Source of the DNA: Octopus sinensis
Lineage: Eukaryota
Assembly: GCF_006345805.1 (NCBI RefSeq)
Contig: NC_043015.1
Coordinates: 10,726,001-10,790,000, forward strand
DNA: 64,000 bases
Direction: 5' to 3'
Part shown: in pieces, positions 12,317 to 25,554 of the stretch
How positions within the stretch are numbered: position 1 is the first letter of the stretch
Layout of the letters: every line of letters begins with the position of its first letter
Made by a program: the position numbers and the translations under genes
The notes under the pieces: generated by a model
What the model was told of the DNA's origin: nothing
The model's database searches: none
The model's input: the letters and a program-made list of their open reading frames with translations, nothing else

Positions 12317-15300
12317 TCAGAATTTGGGCACTATGGCCCACTCAAGTAAAGAGTTATTGTTTACAGAGACATATCCGGGTGTAGGGGGTTTATCCGGGAT
12401 TTCTTGGAGGAATCTGTCCAAAGACTTCTTGAACCCTATAGGGTCAGTTTCTGTTTTAATGTGTTTTGGTGTAATGTTAAAGAGAGCGGGGCCAATTGAG
12501 GTGAAATAATTGTGCCGTATTGTTGTTATGAGATGAGAGTGCGATTTTTGTTTTGGGCGGATGGCACGGGGCCCAAGCCTTGGATGTACCTTAAAGTTGA
12601 TGCCAACATCATTTGGGCAATGCTGATGGAATATTTTCCACATCATGCAGATGATGTAGCGCTCACGACGACGTTGGAGAGAATAGAGTTTTAGCTTTTC
12701 TAGTCGACCCCAATAGTCGAGGCCTGTCATGCCATCTATCTTTTTTGTGATTGCCCTTTGAGGTGCTTCAACTTTTATGATACCTTGTATTGTGTGGGGA
12801 GACCACAGTGGACAACAGTATTCAAGGTGGGGTCGGGCAAAAGTGGAGAAGAGAAGGATAATGGTGTGGATATCTCTCGACTGGAAAGTTCTGAGAATCC
12901 AGGAACACATTCTGCGGGCCATGTCAACTTTGGTGTTTATATGAGTGGCCCAGCTTACGTTGTTGTCCACAATTACTCCCAAGTCTCTGATGTTGTTGGA
13001 CGCCGCGAGAGTTTCACCTGAAGGAAGGGAGTATGGGAGTTTCAGGGCATCCTCTTTTCCAAAGTGGATTAGCTCAAATTTATCCTCGTTCAGCAGCATA
13101 TTGTTTTTTTCTGCCCATTGGATAACAGCCAGTAGATCTGACTGAATGCATGTCCGGTCACTCGCCTCATTTATGACCTTCGGTAGCTTGGAGTCATCTG
13201 CAAGGATTTTTATGTTGCTGTGCTTGATGATGTCATTAATGTCATTAATGTAAATGATGAAAAGAAGTGGGCCCACTACTGACTTTGGCTGGGCTTGATT
13301 TTACCCCTTCAACTACAACATGTTGAGATCTGTCTGTCAGGAAACACTTAATCCATTTCAGTAACTTTCCAGAGACACCAATGTTGGATAGTTTTTTCAA
13401 TAGGATCTTGTGATCGACCCTGTCGAAGGCCTTACTGAAATCAAGGTAGATGACATCGGTGTTGGAGCCCTCTCCCAAAGCTCTCAAAATGTCCTCAAAG
13501 TGATGCAGGAGCTGCGTTAGGCAGTCCCTTCCATTACGGAACCCATGTTGGTTGAAGATCAGCCGTCTGTTGCTTTCCAGAAATTGGGTTATTCGAGATC
13601 TCACCACCCTCTCAAATACCTTGATTATATGAGAGGTGAGTGAGATCGGACGGTAATTCACTGCAAGGGACTTGTTTCCCTTTTTGAAAACTGGGACAAC
13701 AGACTGGGACAGAAGGTTTTTTGGAATATAGCCAGCATCCAGTGAGTTTCTCCACAGATTAGCAAGGGGAGATGCAAGTTGGTGTCGACACACCTTCAGG
13801 ACACAAGCAGGGAACCTATCGGGGCTACTGCTGAATTGTGTTTTATTTCGTTTATCGCCGCTAAGACATCAGGGGCACTAAACGTTATGTCCGATATAGT
13901 GTGTTGGGGGTTGACATCACTGATACAGCCCAGATCGGCCATATCAGGATTGCTGAAAACAGAGCAGTATTGTTTCTGCAGTATCTCGGCCATGGATTTG
14001 GCATTATCTTGGAGAGTGCCAGTTTCGTCAATTAGAGGGCCTACAGTGGAGACAGTGACCCTGCGTTCCTCGCAAATGAAAAGAACACTTTGGGGTTGAG
14101 TTTGATTTTTTCAATGGCCCACTTCTCCTCAGCTGATCTTTGGTTATTGATGAGGGTCTTCATGCATTGTTGGAGGTTATATTTTTTGGATTCAAGCAGT
14201 GCGATAGCCGTCGAATGTGTGTGTTGCTGTTGGCAGTACTTTAGTTTGTTAATTTTTTTGTTTGTTCTTTTTATTTTTCTGATAATGGTTTTTCTGTTTT
14301 GGGGGATTCTGCACTTTTTGTTCACAGGTCTTGGTGGGGAGTGTTTTGCACATATGTCTGTGACGGTGTCTACAAAGATCTGTCAAGATGTTTTATGGTT
14401 GGTGGAGATGTGTGTATGTGTAAAGGACCAGTCAACATTTGATAGCTCGTTCCTGATTGCATCCCAGTTGGCTTTATGGAGATCCATGTTGTCAAATGGG
14501 TGGGCTGGAGGAAGGCCACTAGGATTAGCTTTCGGCTGGTGGAATTTCATGTTACAGAGAACCATGTCATGGTCTGAAAGAAGGGTTTTTTCCACTGTAA
14601 CGTTATGTATAGTGTTAGTGTGGTTACTAAACACTAGGTCCAAAATGTTCTGATGTCTTGTTGGTGCAAGGACAAGTTGGGACAAGAAAAACTCATTCGT
14701 AAAGTCGAAAAGTGACTCTGCTGCTTCTTTGTCAGCGGTTGAGGCGGGAGTGCTTGGTTTCAAACAGTTTGTGGTCCAGTCAACACAGGGTAGATTGAAG
14801 TCTCCCATCATGAGTATGTTGCTAGAATGGCACTGTTGAATAAAGCACTTAATGCTGTTGAGGCATTCTTTAAAGCACAGTATGGGTGTTTGGGGCGGCC
14901 TATAGAGCCCAATTACTGTCAGGTCATTGGCTTTGTTGTGCACGGTGACTGATTCACAGTAGCCGTTGGAGAATATACTATTTCCATCTGCCGTAAATGA
15001 ATCATGCAGGAAAATGGCAGTTCCACCCTTCCTCCTGCCGATACGATCCGCGCGGATGGTTGTGACATTCTTCATTCTCACTTCGGCTTCCAAGTGGGAG
15101 TTGTCAAGGTGGGTCTCAGTGAGAATGAAGAAAGGGATGTGGTGTGAATGGTTACCAACCCAGTCTTCAATGAATTGGACCTTCCATTTTGTGCATTGAT
15201 GGAAGGGCTGACACCTTGTGCATTGAGTAGGAATGTGGAGGTTAGTGTAGTGGCTGGTTTTGACTGTTGCAGGGGGCTTGGATTTTTGTGTGTGTTAGTG

Positions 15301-15359
15301 GCAGCAATGTGGGGAATTGGTGCACTGGGGTAATAGCATAGGATGGTGTTGAGTGATGG
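12317..15359 (-). pseudogene. CR1 ORF2: APE endonuclease + reverse transcriptase, disrupted
   Basis: LLNAQG, ILTETHLD, MGDFNLP, LDLVFSN, SDHDMV (APE); NYRPISLTS, QHGFR, YLDFSKAFD, GPLLFIIYIND, LADD, DLGVIVD, LEYCCPLWSP (RT). Three 1-nt deletions (~15188, ~14080, ~13825), in-frame TGA at 14383-14385, ~23-nt deletion at ~13274 removing GVPQG. Confidence 0.92.
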
Positions 15360-16523
15360 CTAGAATGTTTTTGTGTATCTCTTTTGCCATGTTCAACATG
15401 GCTAAAAAAGAATTTTCCTGCTTAGGGAGCAGTTTTTGGCTGGAGGTGTGGTTGCACTGTTGGATAGGGTTGTAGTTTCCACTTTTGTTGTTGTTGTTTT
15501 TGTGTCTTCCTGAAAAGACTGGACCAGCATTACTGCAGCATGGTGTGTTTCTATTTTTATTGTTATTCAGGTTTGTGTGTTGGCTTGAGGCCCCGTTTCT
15601 GTTTGTGCGTCGGTCCCTGGAAGATGAGTGAAGGGACAGTCACTCAGTAGACATGTTCTCTCACGTTGGGAATACCGGCAGATTTTGGGACTCCGAGTTG
15701 TGTGTGTTTTGAATTTCGATTTACTATTTGGTGGTGTTGATGTTATTGTGGGATGCGTGCTTTGGCCTTGGCCGGTAGTGCGTCTAGTGCCGGGTAGATG
15801 CGTGAAGATGCAGTCACTATTTGTGCAGAGTCTCTGGCGCAGTGAATAGCAGCATATTTGGGGATTTCTTGTTTGTGCCGTGGGGGGCGCATTCTGCTTC
15901 CTATGTTTCTTTAAGTTTTTGTTACTGCAGTAGTATTTAGGTGGTGATGTGGGGGAAGAGGGCAGTGGTTTCTTATTTGGTTTTCTGTTGGTATTTTTGG
16001 TGATAGAAGACGATGGTGGCAGCGGTGGTGATGATGATGATGATAATTGTGGTGGTTGCTGTGAGAGCGGTGAAAAGATACTGGCATTTAGTGAATCATC
16101 TAGTAAGCTAGAGTTGAGGAGTGGCTGTTGTTGTTCTTGTTGCTGTGGCTGTTGTTGTTGTTGTTGTGCTTGACCGATGTTAGGGTCAGCCATTGTGCTG
16201 GGAACCAGGAGTGGCTCATTATGTTGTTGTTGTTGTTGTGGCTGCTGATTTTCTAGCTGTTGTTGTTCTTGAACTGTGAAAATATGTAGAAGCTTTTCAT
16301 AATGGCCTCTTATCAGTTTGAAAGATACTTCGATATGTTTCAGCTTGCTACGAATCTGTTTGACGGATCGTGTGTTGACCACTTGTGATGTTTTTTCGGT
16401 AATCTCATTCAAACACAAGACATTTAGATTTTCTGTTTGGGAAAGAGAGAACCATGTGTTTATTAAAACATCAATTTCGTTATCAGACCAATTTCGTCTG
16501 TTGCAGGCCTGCAAGTTAGTCAT
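15295..16523 (-). pseudogene. CR1 ORF1 (~409 aa reconstructed): Myb/SANT-like N-terminus, polyQ, two CCCH zinc fingers
   Basis: ORF 15567-16523 plus a continuation after a 1-nt deletion at ~15611; restoring it gives HLPGTRRT as after the first finger. Confidence 0.8.
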
Positions 16524-16850
16524 GTTTGTTTTTCTTTTGTTTGTTTTCCTTTTGATTTTTGAAAATATATATATTCTTTCTTGGGAGTTAAAGAAGTGTA
16601 TATATATATATAAATGTTCTCTCTTAAGGGTGTGAGTTTTTGATTGTTTGGTTGTTTGAGGATATTAAAAGAAAAACAGGTGTATATAACAATTTGTAGT
16701 TAAATGAAAACGTACTTACGGGTTTGTAGGCAAACACGTGGTTACAAATATATATATATTTAAGGTCAGTTAGTTTTGAAGCTGTGTAGCTTGCTACTGA
16801 CTTGGGAGAGAAACAAATAGACGTCCGTCCACTTCAACAGTTAATCCACT

Positions 16851-17070
<220 letters not shown>

Positions 17071-17435
17071 GGGAACTCGGTCTTGTGGCGTAAGGTTCTT
17101 CGGCTAACTTCACCTGTAAGAACTTCAAATATAGATGACTGAATCAGGACGCTAATAAAAAAAATAAGCATGGGAAATTTAGAAGATATTTACCTAAATG
17201 TGCCAAAGTAAGATGATCGAGTATGAATAGATGTTTATAGGAACAACGAAATAACCAGAGTGGCACAACACACAAACATACACATGAAGTGCTGAATATT
17301 GGACAATTGCTGCCTAATTTGAAAACGTAGAAATGCATATATACTTACAAATGGATAACGTTATGCTAAAACGATGGTCAAATAATTCCAACAAACTCTG
17401 AACTAAACAGGAGTTAAATAGGTACTAGACATACA

Positions 17436-17663
17436 TATTTCTTTATTACCCAGAAGGGGCTGAACACAGAGGGGACAAACAAGGACAGACATAGGTATTA
17501 AGTTGATTACATCGACCCCAGTGCGTAACTGGTACTTAATTTATCGACCCCGAAAGGATGAAAGGCAAAGTCGACCTCGGCGGAATTTGAACTCACAACG
17601 TAACGCAGACGAAATACCGCTAAGAATTTCGCCTGGCGTGCTAACGTTTCTGCCAGCGCGCCG
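17436..17663 (-). mobile_element. tRNA-derived SINE, family M
   Basis: Reverse complement of the full family consensus. Confidence 0.88.
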
Positions 17664-18239
17664 ATACTGTAACCTTACTGTAAAGCAGCGGGCTCAATCA
17701 TGCGGCTGAGATGGTTGAAAGTGTCACTTGACCGCATCTATTTCACTAGAAATAACAAATTGTATATTATGAAGGCGAATACATTAAATAACAACGAAAG
17801 ATGTGATGGCTGGAATGAATAATTAAACGTCAGGTCTCTGAGTGCCCAGCTTTTTTCAAAAGGAATTACATCAATAAACCTCACCAAAATGAAGGTTTTC
17901 ATGCACTAGAATTTCTTAATATTAAATATTAAATACAAAGTGAAATCATGCTGTATAAAAAAAGTAAGCTAGAACTGGTCATAGATGATCAAAAGCTGAT
18001 GAAATAAGTGGATGTATCAATTTTCAGAGACAGGGAGATAAGTTAAGAAAACAGCAGGCCAAACATTTGCAAATGGAATCTGCAAAATTCCTATAGCTAA
18101 GTCTTTGGAACTAGAGACAAAAAAAAAGTGTGAATTTTCAAAGCAGAATTAATTGTAAGAATAATGAATATAAAAAATTAGCTAATCGACCGAAAGAAAA
18201 TTCTAACTAGTGACCACATGCAATTTCATGTGCTATTTA

Positions 18240-18410
18240 TCTTCATATGATATCAGCATATCGAACACATGTGGATGTGACGCATGCCCCACATGTACTA
18301 TTATCAGACGGGTAATCATGTGTATATTAAGCTGCATATACACTTCAGTGTCACATTAATGGCATGCATTACTCTCTCACTCAGTAATAATAATAATAAT
18401 AATAATAATA

Positions 18411-18449
<39 letters not shown>

Positions 18450-18503
18450 TAATGGTAATGATAATAATAATAATAATGATAATAATAATGATAATAATAA
18501 TAA

Positions 18504-18540
<37 letters not shown>

Positions 18541-18702
18541 TAATAATAATAATAATAATAATGAGATCACCATGTCGCGCACATATGGTTGTTATGCATG
18601 TGCCTGGTGTACCCTTATCAGACAGGTAGTCATGATGGTTATACTGGGCTTCGTATATTTTACCCCATTGTCACTTTGATGGCATGCACTGCTATCTCAC
18701 TC

Positions 18703-18712
<10 letters not shown>
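18240..18712 (+). mobile_element. Two family D SINE-like 3' parts separated by an (AAT)n tail
   Basis: Two related segments, each ending ctctcactca(g/a)taataat. Confidence 0.6.
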
Positions 18713-18739
<27 letters not shown>

Positions 18740-19804
18740 TAATAATAATAATAATAATAATCGTTTCTACTAAAGACACAGGGCCTGAAATTTGGGTGGA
18801 GGGGACTAGTCGATTATATCGACCCCAGTGTTTCAATAGTATTTAATTTGTCGACCCCGAAAAGCTGAAGGGCAAAGAAATTTAAACTCAGAACGTAGCG
18901 GTAGACTAAATAATAGTAATAATAGTAATTAGAAGAAGGATGACTATGAAAAAAAGAACAACATCACCAACAGGAGAAATACTTTGAAATATTGCCGCAA
19001 GGCCAGCAATTTTAGTGAAACGAGGTTAGTTAATTACATCGATTTGCCTAGTACGTTGTTTTATCGATTCCGGAAGAAATGTCGCTAAGGGTTGTCAGTC
19101 CATGCTGAACAATGCTTTCTTTTCGGGAATTCATGGAACCCAATTTCTCTCCCCAACCCCTCTCTTTATATCTATCTGTCTATCTATCTATCTATTTCTT
19201 TCTCTCTCTCTTCCGCTCTTTCTCTCTCCCTCTCTCAACTTCCCTCCCTCTCTGTCACTCACATACTCATTCTACCGAATTATTTAGTAAACAATCAATC
19301 TTGACATTATCATCTACAGAGTTCATATATTGCTTTAAAACGAAATTTAGAGGTGAATGTGCGTATCAAAAGTAACAAATTTATGTAATAAATGAATCTT
19401 TAATATGCAAACGAGAAATGTTTTAATGTAAGGGGAAAACGATTTTAGCAAGCATCTTAAAAGTTTATCAATTTTTAGCATGTAAGGGTCACCACGCTAG
19501 ACATGATTGTACGGCATGATGACCTTGTCAACTAGGTTTAACAGTCACGAATCTGATCGAATAAATAATTAAAGAATGATTAATTAGGTGTAGAACAATT
19601 TTGTGAAAAAAAAAATAGAATTCTGTGTTTTATAAATTATTCAGAGAATAAATTAGGAATTAAATCGATGTGTAATATATTTTTATCAGATTTCAAATTT
19701 GAAGTCTTAACAGTCTAACTGAACTAATGTATATGGAGGGAGATATATATGAGGGTGTAGAAAATTTCCTGGTTTTGGGTAAAAGAAAATACAGGAGGGT
19801 CAGT

Positions 19805-20370
19805 TATTCTTTTTACTTGTTTCAGTCATTTGACTGTGGCCACGCTGGAGCACCGCCTTTAGTCGAGCAAATCGACCCCGGACTTATTGTTTCTAAGCCT
19901 AGTACTCATTCTTTCGGTGTCTTTTGCTGAACCGCTAAGTTACGGGGACGTAAACACACCAGCATCGGTTGTCAAGCGATGTTGGGTGGACAAACACAGA
20001 CACACAAACATATACACACTCATACATATATATACATATATACGGCAGGCTTCTTTCAGGGTCCTTCTACCAAATCCACCCAGAAGGTTTTGGTCGGCCC
20101 GAGGCTATAGTAAAAGACACTTGCCCAAGGTGCCCTAAATATACACATGTATTGAATCTTTTTCTGATTTTTCAGATTTTTTTCATATATATATGTATGT
20201 ATATATACAACAGACTTCTTTCAGTTTCCGTCTACTAAATCCACTCACAAGCTTTGGTCAGCCTGAGGTCATCGTAGAAGACACTTGCATAAGCTATCAC
20301 GCAGAAGAACTGAATCCAGGACCATGTGGTTCGTAAGCAAGCTACTTACTACAAAGCCACTCCTACGCCT
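19805..20370 (-). mobile_element. SINE family C, interrupted by a duplicated segment
   Basis: Matches 4818-5356. Confidence 0.8.
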
Positions 20371-20747
20371 TGTTAATTATGATTTTATTCAACTTATTCC
20401 CCGATAAGATTCACCCACATATTGCAAGGGCCTTTCAGCTTTTATGCGCTCAATAAAAAACTCGGAAGGCTGGGTCCCCCGCTTAGCCTTCCGTGACATC
20501 CTTAAAGCCAGGAACTTTTCAGAACTCCTTTGTTTGCCAACCACATGGTCCTGGATTCAGTCCTTCTGCGTGATAGCTTGGGCAAGTGTCTTCTACGATA
20601 ACCTCAGGCTGACCAAAGCTTGTGAGTGGATTTAGTAGACGGAAACTGAAAGAAGCTGTTGTATATATACATACATACATATATATATATATATTAAAAA
20701 ATTCTGAAAAATCAGAAAGAAATTCAATACATGTGTATATTTAGGGC
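20132..20747. repeat. Local inverted duplication (arms 20132-20331 and 20539-20747)
   Basis: Arms are reverse complements and share non-SINE sequence and private SINE variants. Confidence 0.8.
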
Positions 20748-20793
20748 TAATTAAATTAATTAAATTAATATTCAATTTATCTCCCTCATTAGT

Positions 20794-20839
<46 letters not shown>

Positions 20840-21085
20840 TGTGAGTGTGTGTATGCGTGCGTGTGTGTGTATTTGTGTGAATGTCTGTGTTTGTGTCCTT
20901 ACAATAGCTTGACAACCGATGTTGGTGTGTTTACGTCCTCGTTAATTAGCGCTTCGGCAAAAGAGAACGATAGAATAAGTACTAGGCTTACATACAACAA
21001 GTCCTTGAGGCGATTTGCTCGGCTAAAGGTAGAGCTCGTGCATGGTTGCAGTCAAAATGATTAAAACAAGTAAAAGAATAAAAGA
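20539..21085 (+). mobile_element. SINE family C (5'-truncated, interrupted)
   Basis: Body and 3' aagtaaaagaataaaag tail. Confidence 0.75.
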
Positions 21086-21090
21086 AAAAA

Positions 21091-21445
21091 GAAGTGGTTG
21101 TGTGGTAAGAAGTTTCCTCACCAACCACATGGTTCTGGGTTCAGTCCCACTGCGTGGCACCTTTGACGAGTGTCTTCTACTATAGCCTCGGGCCGACCAA
21201 AGCCTTGTGAGTGGATTTGATGGAGAGAAACTGAAAGAAACAAGGCGAGCATATATGTGTATGTATATCTGTGTTTGTCTCCACGACCATTGCTTGACAA
21301 CCGATGCTGGCGTGTTTGCATTCCCGCTAACATAGCGGTTCGACAAAACAGGCCGATAGATTAAGTACTAGGCTTACAAAGAATAAATCATGCTTGATTA
21401 AAGGCGCTGCTCCAGCATGGCTGCAGTCAAATGAATGAAACAAAA
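21091..21445 (+). mobile_element. SINE family C
   Basis: gtggttgtgtggtaag head, gggttcagtccc B box, body. Confidence 0.82.
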
Positions 21446-21521
21446 AATCAGTACTGTTCAGTACTCCCTCGTGTTTATGTATAGAAACTTTTCAGTACTC
21501 CTCGTATGTATGTACGTACAA

Positions 21522-21712
21522 ACGAGGGAGTACCTAAAAGAAAATACAGGAGGATCAGTAAATTATAGAACATATTCCCCTCTCAGAATCACACATTTAT
21601 TGCAGCAGTTCTTCAGTTATTTCAAGCCCGGTAAACGATCTCGGCATGTTGGGCCGCCACCCAGGCCTTTTGTGACACCCTTAAACCCAATAACGTTTCA
21701 GCATCCCTCGTA
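21522..21712. mobile_element. Mariner-type MITE
   Basis: Ends acgagggagtacctaaaag / tttcagcatccctcgta; further TIR remnants ttcagtactc(c)ctcgt at ~21455-21505. Confidence 0.55.
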
Positions 21713-21960
21713 CAAGGATAATGTGCGATTAGTAGTACTTCAATTTATAATGAGCAGTGTGCTATATAACTAAGCATTTAGTATCTGGAATGTTCCATGC
21801 TTGGTTTTGAATATATCTGATATATAACAGTGATATAAACAAGTTAAATTTTGCAATGATGGGAAACTGACTGTCTCGGTTAAATGAAAAAACATGCATA
21901 AACGTGTGAATATATACACGGGTGCGTGTATGTATTCTCACACAAACACACACAGACAAA

Positions 21961-21997
<37 letters not shown>

Positions 21998-22040
21998 ATA
22001 TAATATATATATATATATATGTATATATATATGCATATAT

Positions 22041-22084
<44 letters not shown>

Positions 22085-23158
22085 CACACACACACATATA
22101 TATGTATATGCACGCACATGTATTTACGTACACACATGGAAATGTATATCAAGATATAGATGTGCGCATTTGTGTGTGTGTTTCCTTCTCTAGATGTGTT
22201 TGTATTTGTTGTTTTGTTGTTCAGTCACAGATTAATCTTAGTCAAACACACATACATCGAAAAGTGTACCAGTCCCACACCCACGTTCGATTAGACTACA
22301 TCGCCGAATGTGTTAATAATCTATACTTTAATACGATGATGAGCAACATCATCCTCACCATTATCGCCGTCGACGTCTTTCGTCGTCGTCGTCGTCGCAT
22401 TGGTCACGGTAGTAACGAGTCTCATGTCATGACAAACATGACCACAGCGGTGACAGAAGGTAATCCGTCGTTAGCATATTCTTTCTTCGCAATGGCTGTG
22501 AAACGAAAGTGATGACTCACTCCTCAAAGCATCAAAATGATTTAGATGATGTGAAATTCGTTCACGTCAAATGGAAGCGAGGGAAACTTTACAAACTTCA
22601 AATGAGCAACATCTAGGGCAGTAAACGAGAGAATATTTGAAAGCGATGTCACGATATTATTTCTAGCATACCATACTGATTAGAGTGCAGCATATGCATT
22701 AAAAGTATTAAACAATCGTGTTTAGAACTTCAAACAAAATTGCTGCAAAACACGTGGCGCTAAAGTTTACGCATTTCATAGGAAATGTATGGCGATCTTT
22801 AGAAGGTTAGAAATTACTAAGTCAAACAGTTTGATCAAAGCATTTCCGGGAAAGTCGTGTCTACATCTGTATATCAGCTGATGAATGGATAGATGCGTGC
22901 AGATATATTCACTTACATACACAGAGATCATTGTCAACGACAGACACAGACAAAAGCCTCCAGAAATAGCAATTTTAAGTAGATAATTATACTTGTGTAC
23001 AAGTATGCACACGTATTCTCACTTCTACTTATTTCTTTCTTCCTTTATCACTTTCTTGCTTTCTTCCTCATTTCTCTTCGCTTATGTGTGTGTGTGTGTG
23101 TATGTAAATAGGTATGTACTTCTGACTATATAATATATACATAGTGAGAGGTATGGAC

Positions 23159-23195
<37 letters not shown>

Positions 23196-24717
23196 CTTAT
23201 GCACATACACATACTTGCATACATGTATATATATATATATATATAATATATATATATATAAATATATATGTATATATATGCATACATACATTCATACATA
23301 CATATAGGTATATGCATATATACCACATGCTTACACACACACGTACATCATGAACGCATGGATATATACATGCATATATTCCTGCATATATTGATGCATA
23401 TATTCCTACCTTCACATAGACAGCTTGAATCTCACAAATCGTTTTGAAATATATTTAAGCTTCGCAGTAGAAATGCTTGTTTTATTTTGATGTGTATCAT
23501 CTTCGATTCATTGTAAAATTTCAACATGAATTATGATTTCTTTTTCTGTATATTCTTCTCTGCTTTCCTAAACTTTAACTCCATTTGTATTTTTCGCAAA
23601 CTTTATGCACACACTTCTCTTTCATTACATTTTTTTTATTATCCTCTGTCTGTTTTTAATAGGGTGGCGAGAGAATTCTACGTAAACTTGATAGTTGCTA
23701 CTTAACAGAAGTAAATATATATTCGTTCCAATCCAAAATTAGAACCATTCTTGCAATTGATGTCTAATACAATTTATAAAAAAGAATGTGAAATAATAAA
23801 TATAAAAAATTCAGCAACAACACAAAAGTTATAATAATTCTTTAAGATCAAGAATGAAGATAACAATTTGTGAACCGAAACGAGCAAAGGGTTCTGAATT
23901 ATAGTTATAGGTGAAGAATTAGAAAATTTGAATTTAAGAGAATGCAATAGCTTGTAATTTACCTCTACACGAATATCGACAGAATATTGACAAAAGAAAT
24001 GTTTCCAGTCACATCTTTAGAATATCCATGATTTTCCTTGGAGTTGTTGTCGGTGTTGTACTCAAAAACGTTTTAGACATATAACACGTTGCTTTCAAAA
24101 ATCGATTTCTTGAAATAACCAATGAAACGGTTTGCAATTACCCAAGATCATTGCATAAGATACTTACCTTGTAGTCTTTATATTCTTTAGCTTTTATATT
24201 CTTTAATTTTAGAGGAAATTGAGAAAATTAGTGCGGAGAGAAAGCAAAGTCGAAGTGGATATATGTTCAAGTTTGACTACATACTGAGTCTAGAAAAATC
24301 CAGAATAAAACGCTTTCCTTATTTGTTGGCTGCTGATGATGATGCTGATGTTGCTGCTTCACATAGAGACATCGACTTCATCTAATATAAGGCCGTATGA
24401 CTGAGAACTAAAATCTAATTAGAATATTTGCATCAAGAATTAACTCTGTCTTCCTATTCTGTCAATAATACAATATACTATTCTTCACTAAATAACGGGA
24501 TTACGTATTGCTCCCACTCAAACATATTTGTATCTCTTCCGCTTATTTCTGTTACTCCATCTCGTTCACAATCCGCTGATTAACAACCTCGAGAAAGTTC
24601 GACGATGTGGATTCTATATCTGATTACGTTTTATTTGCAGACATCACCATATGTTCAGCACGTTAGTAGCAAGCTAATCATAAATCATAAAATTTAAACT
24701 GGTATTTAGCAACCAGT

Positions 24718-25016
24718 GGGGGCGCAATGGCCCAGTGGTTAGGGCAGCGGACTCGCGGTCGGAGGATCGCGGTTTCGATTCCCAGACCGGGCGTTGTGTG
24801 TGTTTATTTAGCGAAAACACCTAAAGCTCCACGTGGTTCCGACAGGGTGGTGGTGGCGACCCTTGTTGTACTCTTTCGCCCCAAATTTCTCTCACTCTTT
24901 CTTCCTGCGACGGACTGGCGTCCCGTCCAGCGGGGGAAACGCATATGCCGAAGAAACCGGGAAACCGGGCCCATGAGCCTGGCTAGGCTTGAAAAGGTCG
25001 CATAAATAAATAAATA
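24718..25016 (+). mobile_element. tRNA-derived SINE, family T (V-domain-like core)
   Basis: A box tggcccagtggttag, B box ggtttcgattcc, ggactggcgtcccgtccag core, (AAAT)n tail; headless copies at 30654 and 36481. Confidence 0.8.
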
Positions 25017-25141
25017 ACATTTAGGAACCAGCGAAACGATGGTAGGTGTCTCACTAGTCATTTTTCTATGTCTATACTAAAAGTAATTTTTCCTTGCTGT
25101 ATGAGGAGTGTGATTCGAGCGTCAGAGTGATAAAACGGGAA

Positions 25142-25544
25142 GGCGGCGAGCTGGTAGAAATGTTAACACCCGGACCGAAATGCTTAGCGGTATTTCGTCT
25201 GCCGCTACGTTCTGAGTTCACATTCCGCCGAGGTCGACTTTGCCTTTCATCTTTTCGGAGTCGATTAAATAAGTACCAATTCCACACTGGGGTCGATTTA
25301 ATCGACTTAAACCGTTTGTCTGTCCTTTTTTTTGTCCTCCATGTGTTTATCCCCTTGTGGGTAGTAAAGAATAGATATTTCGTATGCCGTTACGTTCTGA
25401 GTTCAAATTCTACCGCGGTCGACTTTGCCATTCATCCTTTCGAACGAGTTATGCACTGGGGTCGATGTAACTGACTTAATCCCTTAGTCTGTCCTTGTTT
25501 GTCCCTTCTATGTTTAGCCCCTTGTGGCAATAAAGAAATAAGAA
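25142..25544 (+). mobile_element. Family M SINE plus fused 5'-truncated second copy (also 31009-31410, 36840-37240)
   Basis: Tail joins a second body through a shared tatttcgt. Confidence 0.82.
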
Positions 25545-25554
25545 TGATAAAAAG

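Larger units (their letters stand above)
12225..16850 (-). mobile_element. Full-length CR1-clade LINE (5'UTR-ORF1-ORF2-3'UTR), inactivated, inserted in a (TA)n tract
   Basis: APE and RT motifs in order; 3' end has a GGCCA-ATAA-TGGCC hairpin and an 8-nt repeat tail (TCAAAGTA)x3 at 12225-12250, typical of CR1; TA repeats on both flanks. Confidence 0.9.

Noticed and set aside
13779-15333. Plus-strand ORFs 13779-14099, 14090-14653, 14966-15199, 15148-15333
   Set aside because: Antisense shadows of LINE ORF2
16580-16719. GTAAGT...polypyrimidine-AG intron in the LINE 5'UTR (minus)
   Set aside because: Single short-motif match; a retrotransposed copy would normally have lost it; no supporting evidence
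22270-22680. GC-richer unique segment as a host exon
   Set aside because: No consistent open frame bounded by credible splice sites on either strand
24160-24300. Minus-strand AAG|GTAAGT donor at ~24166
   Set aside because: No plausible acceptor or open frame upstream
24718-24790. tRNA gene
   Set aside because: A/B boxes run straight into a SINE body and AAAT tail; no clear cloverleaf or T-run terminator
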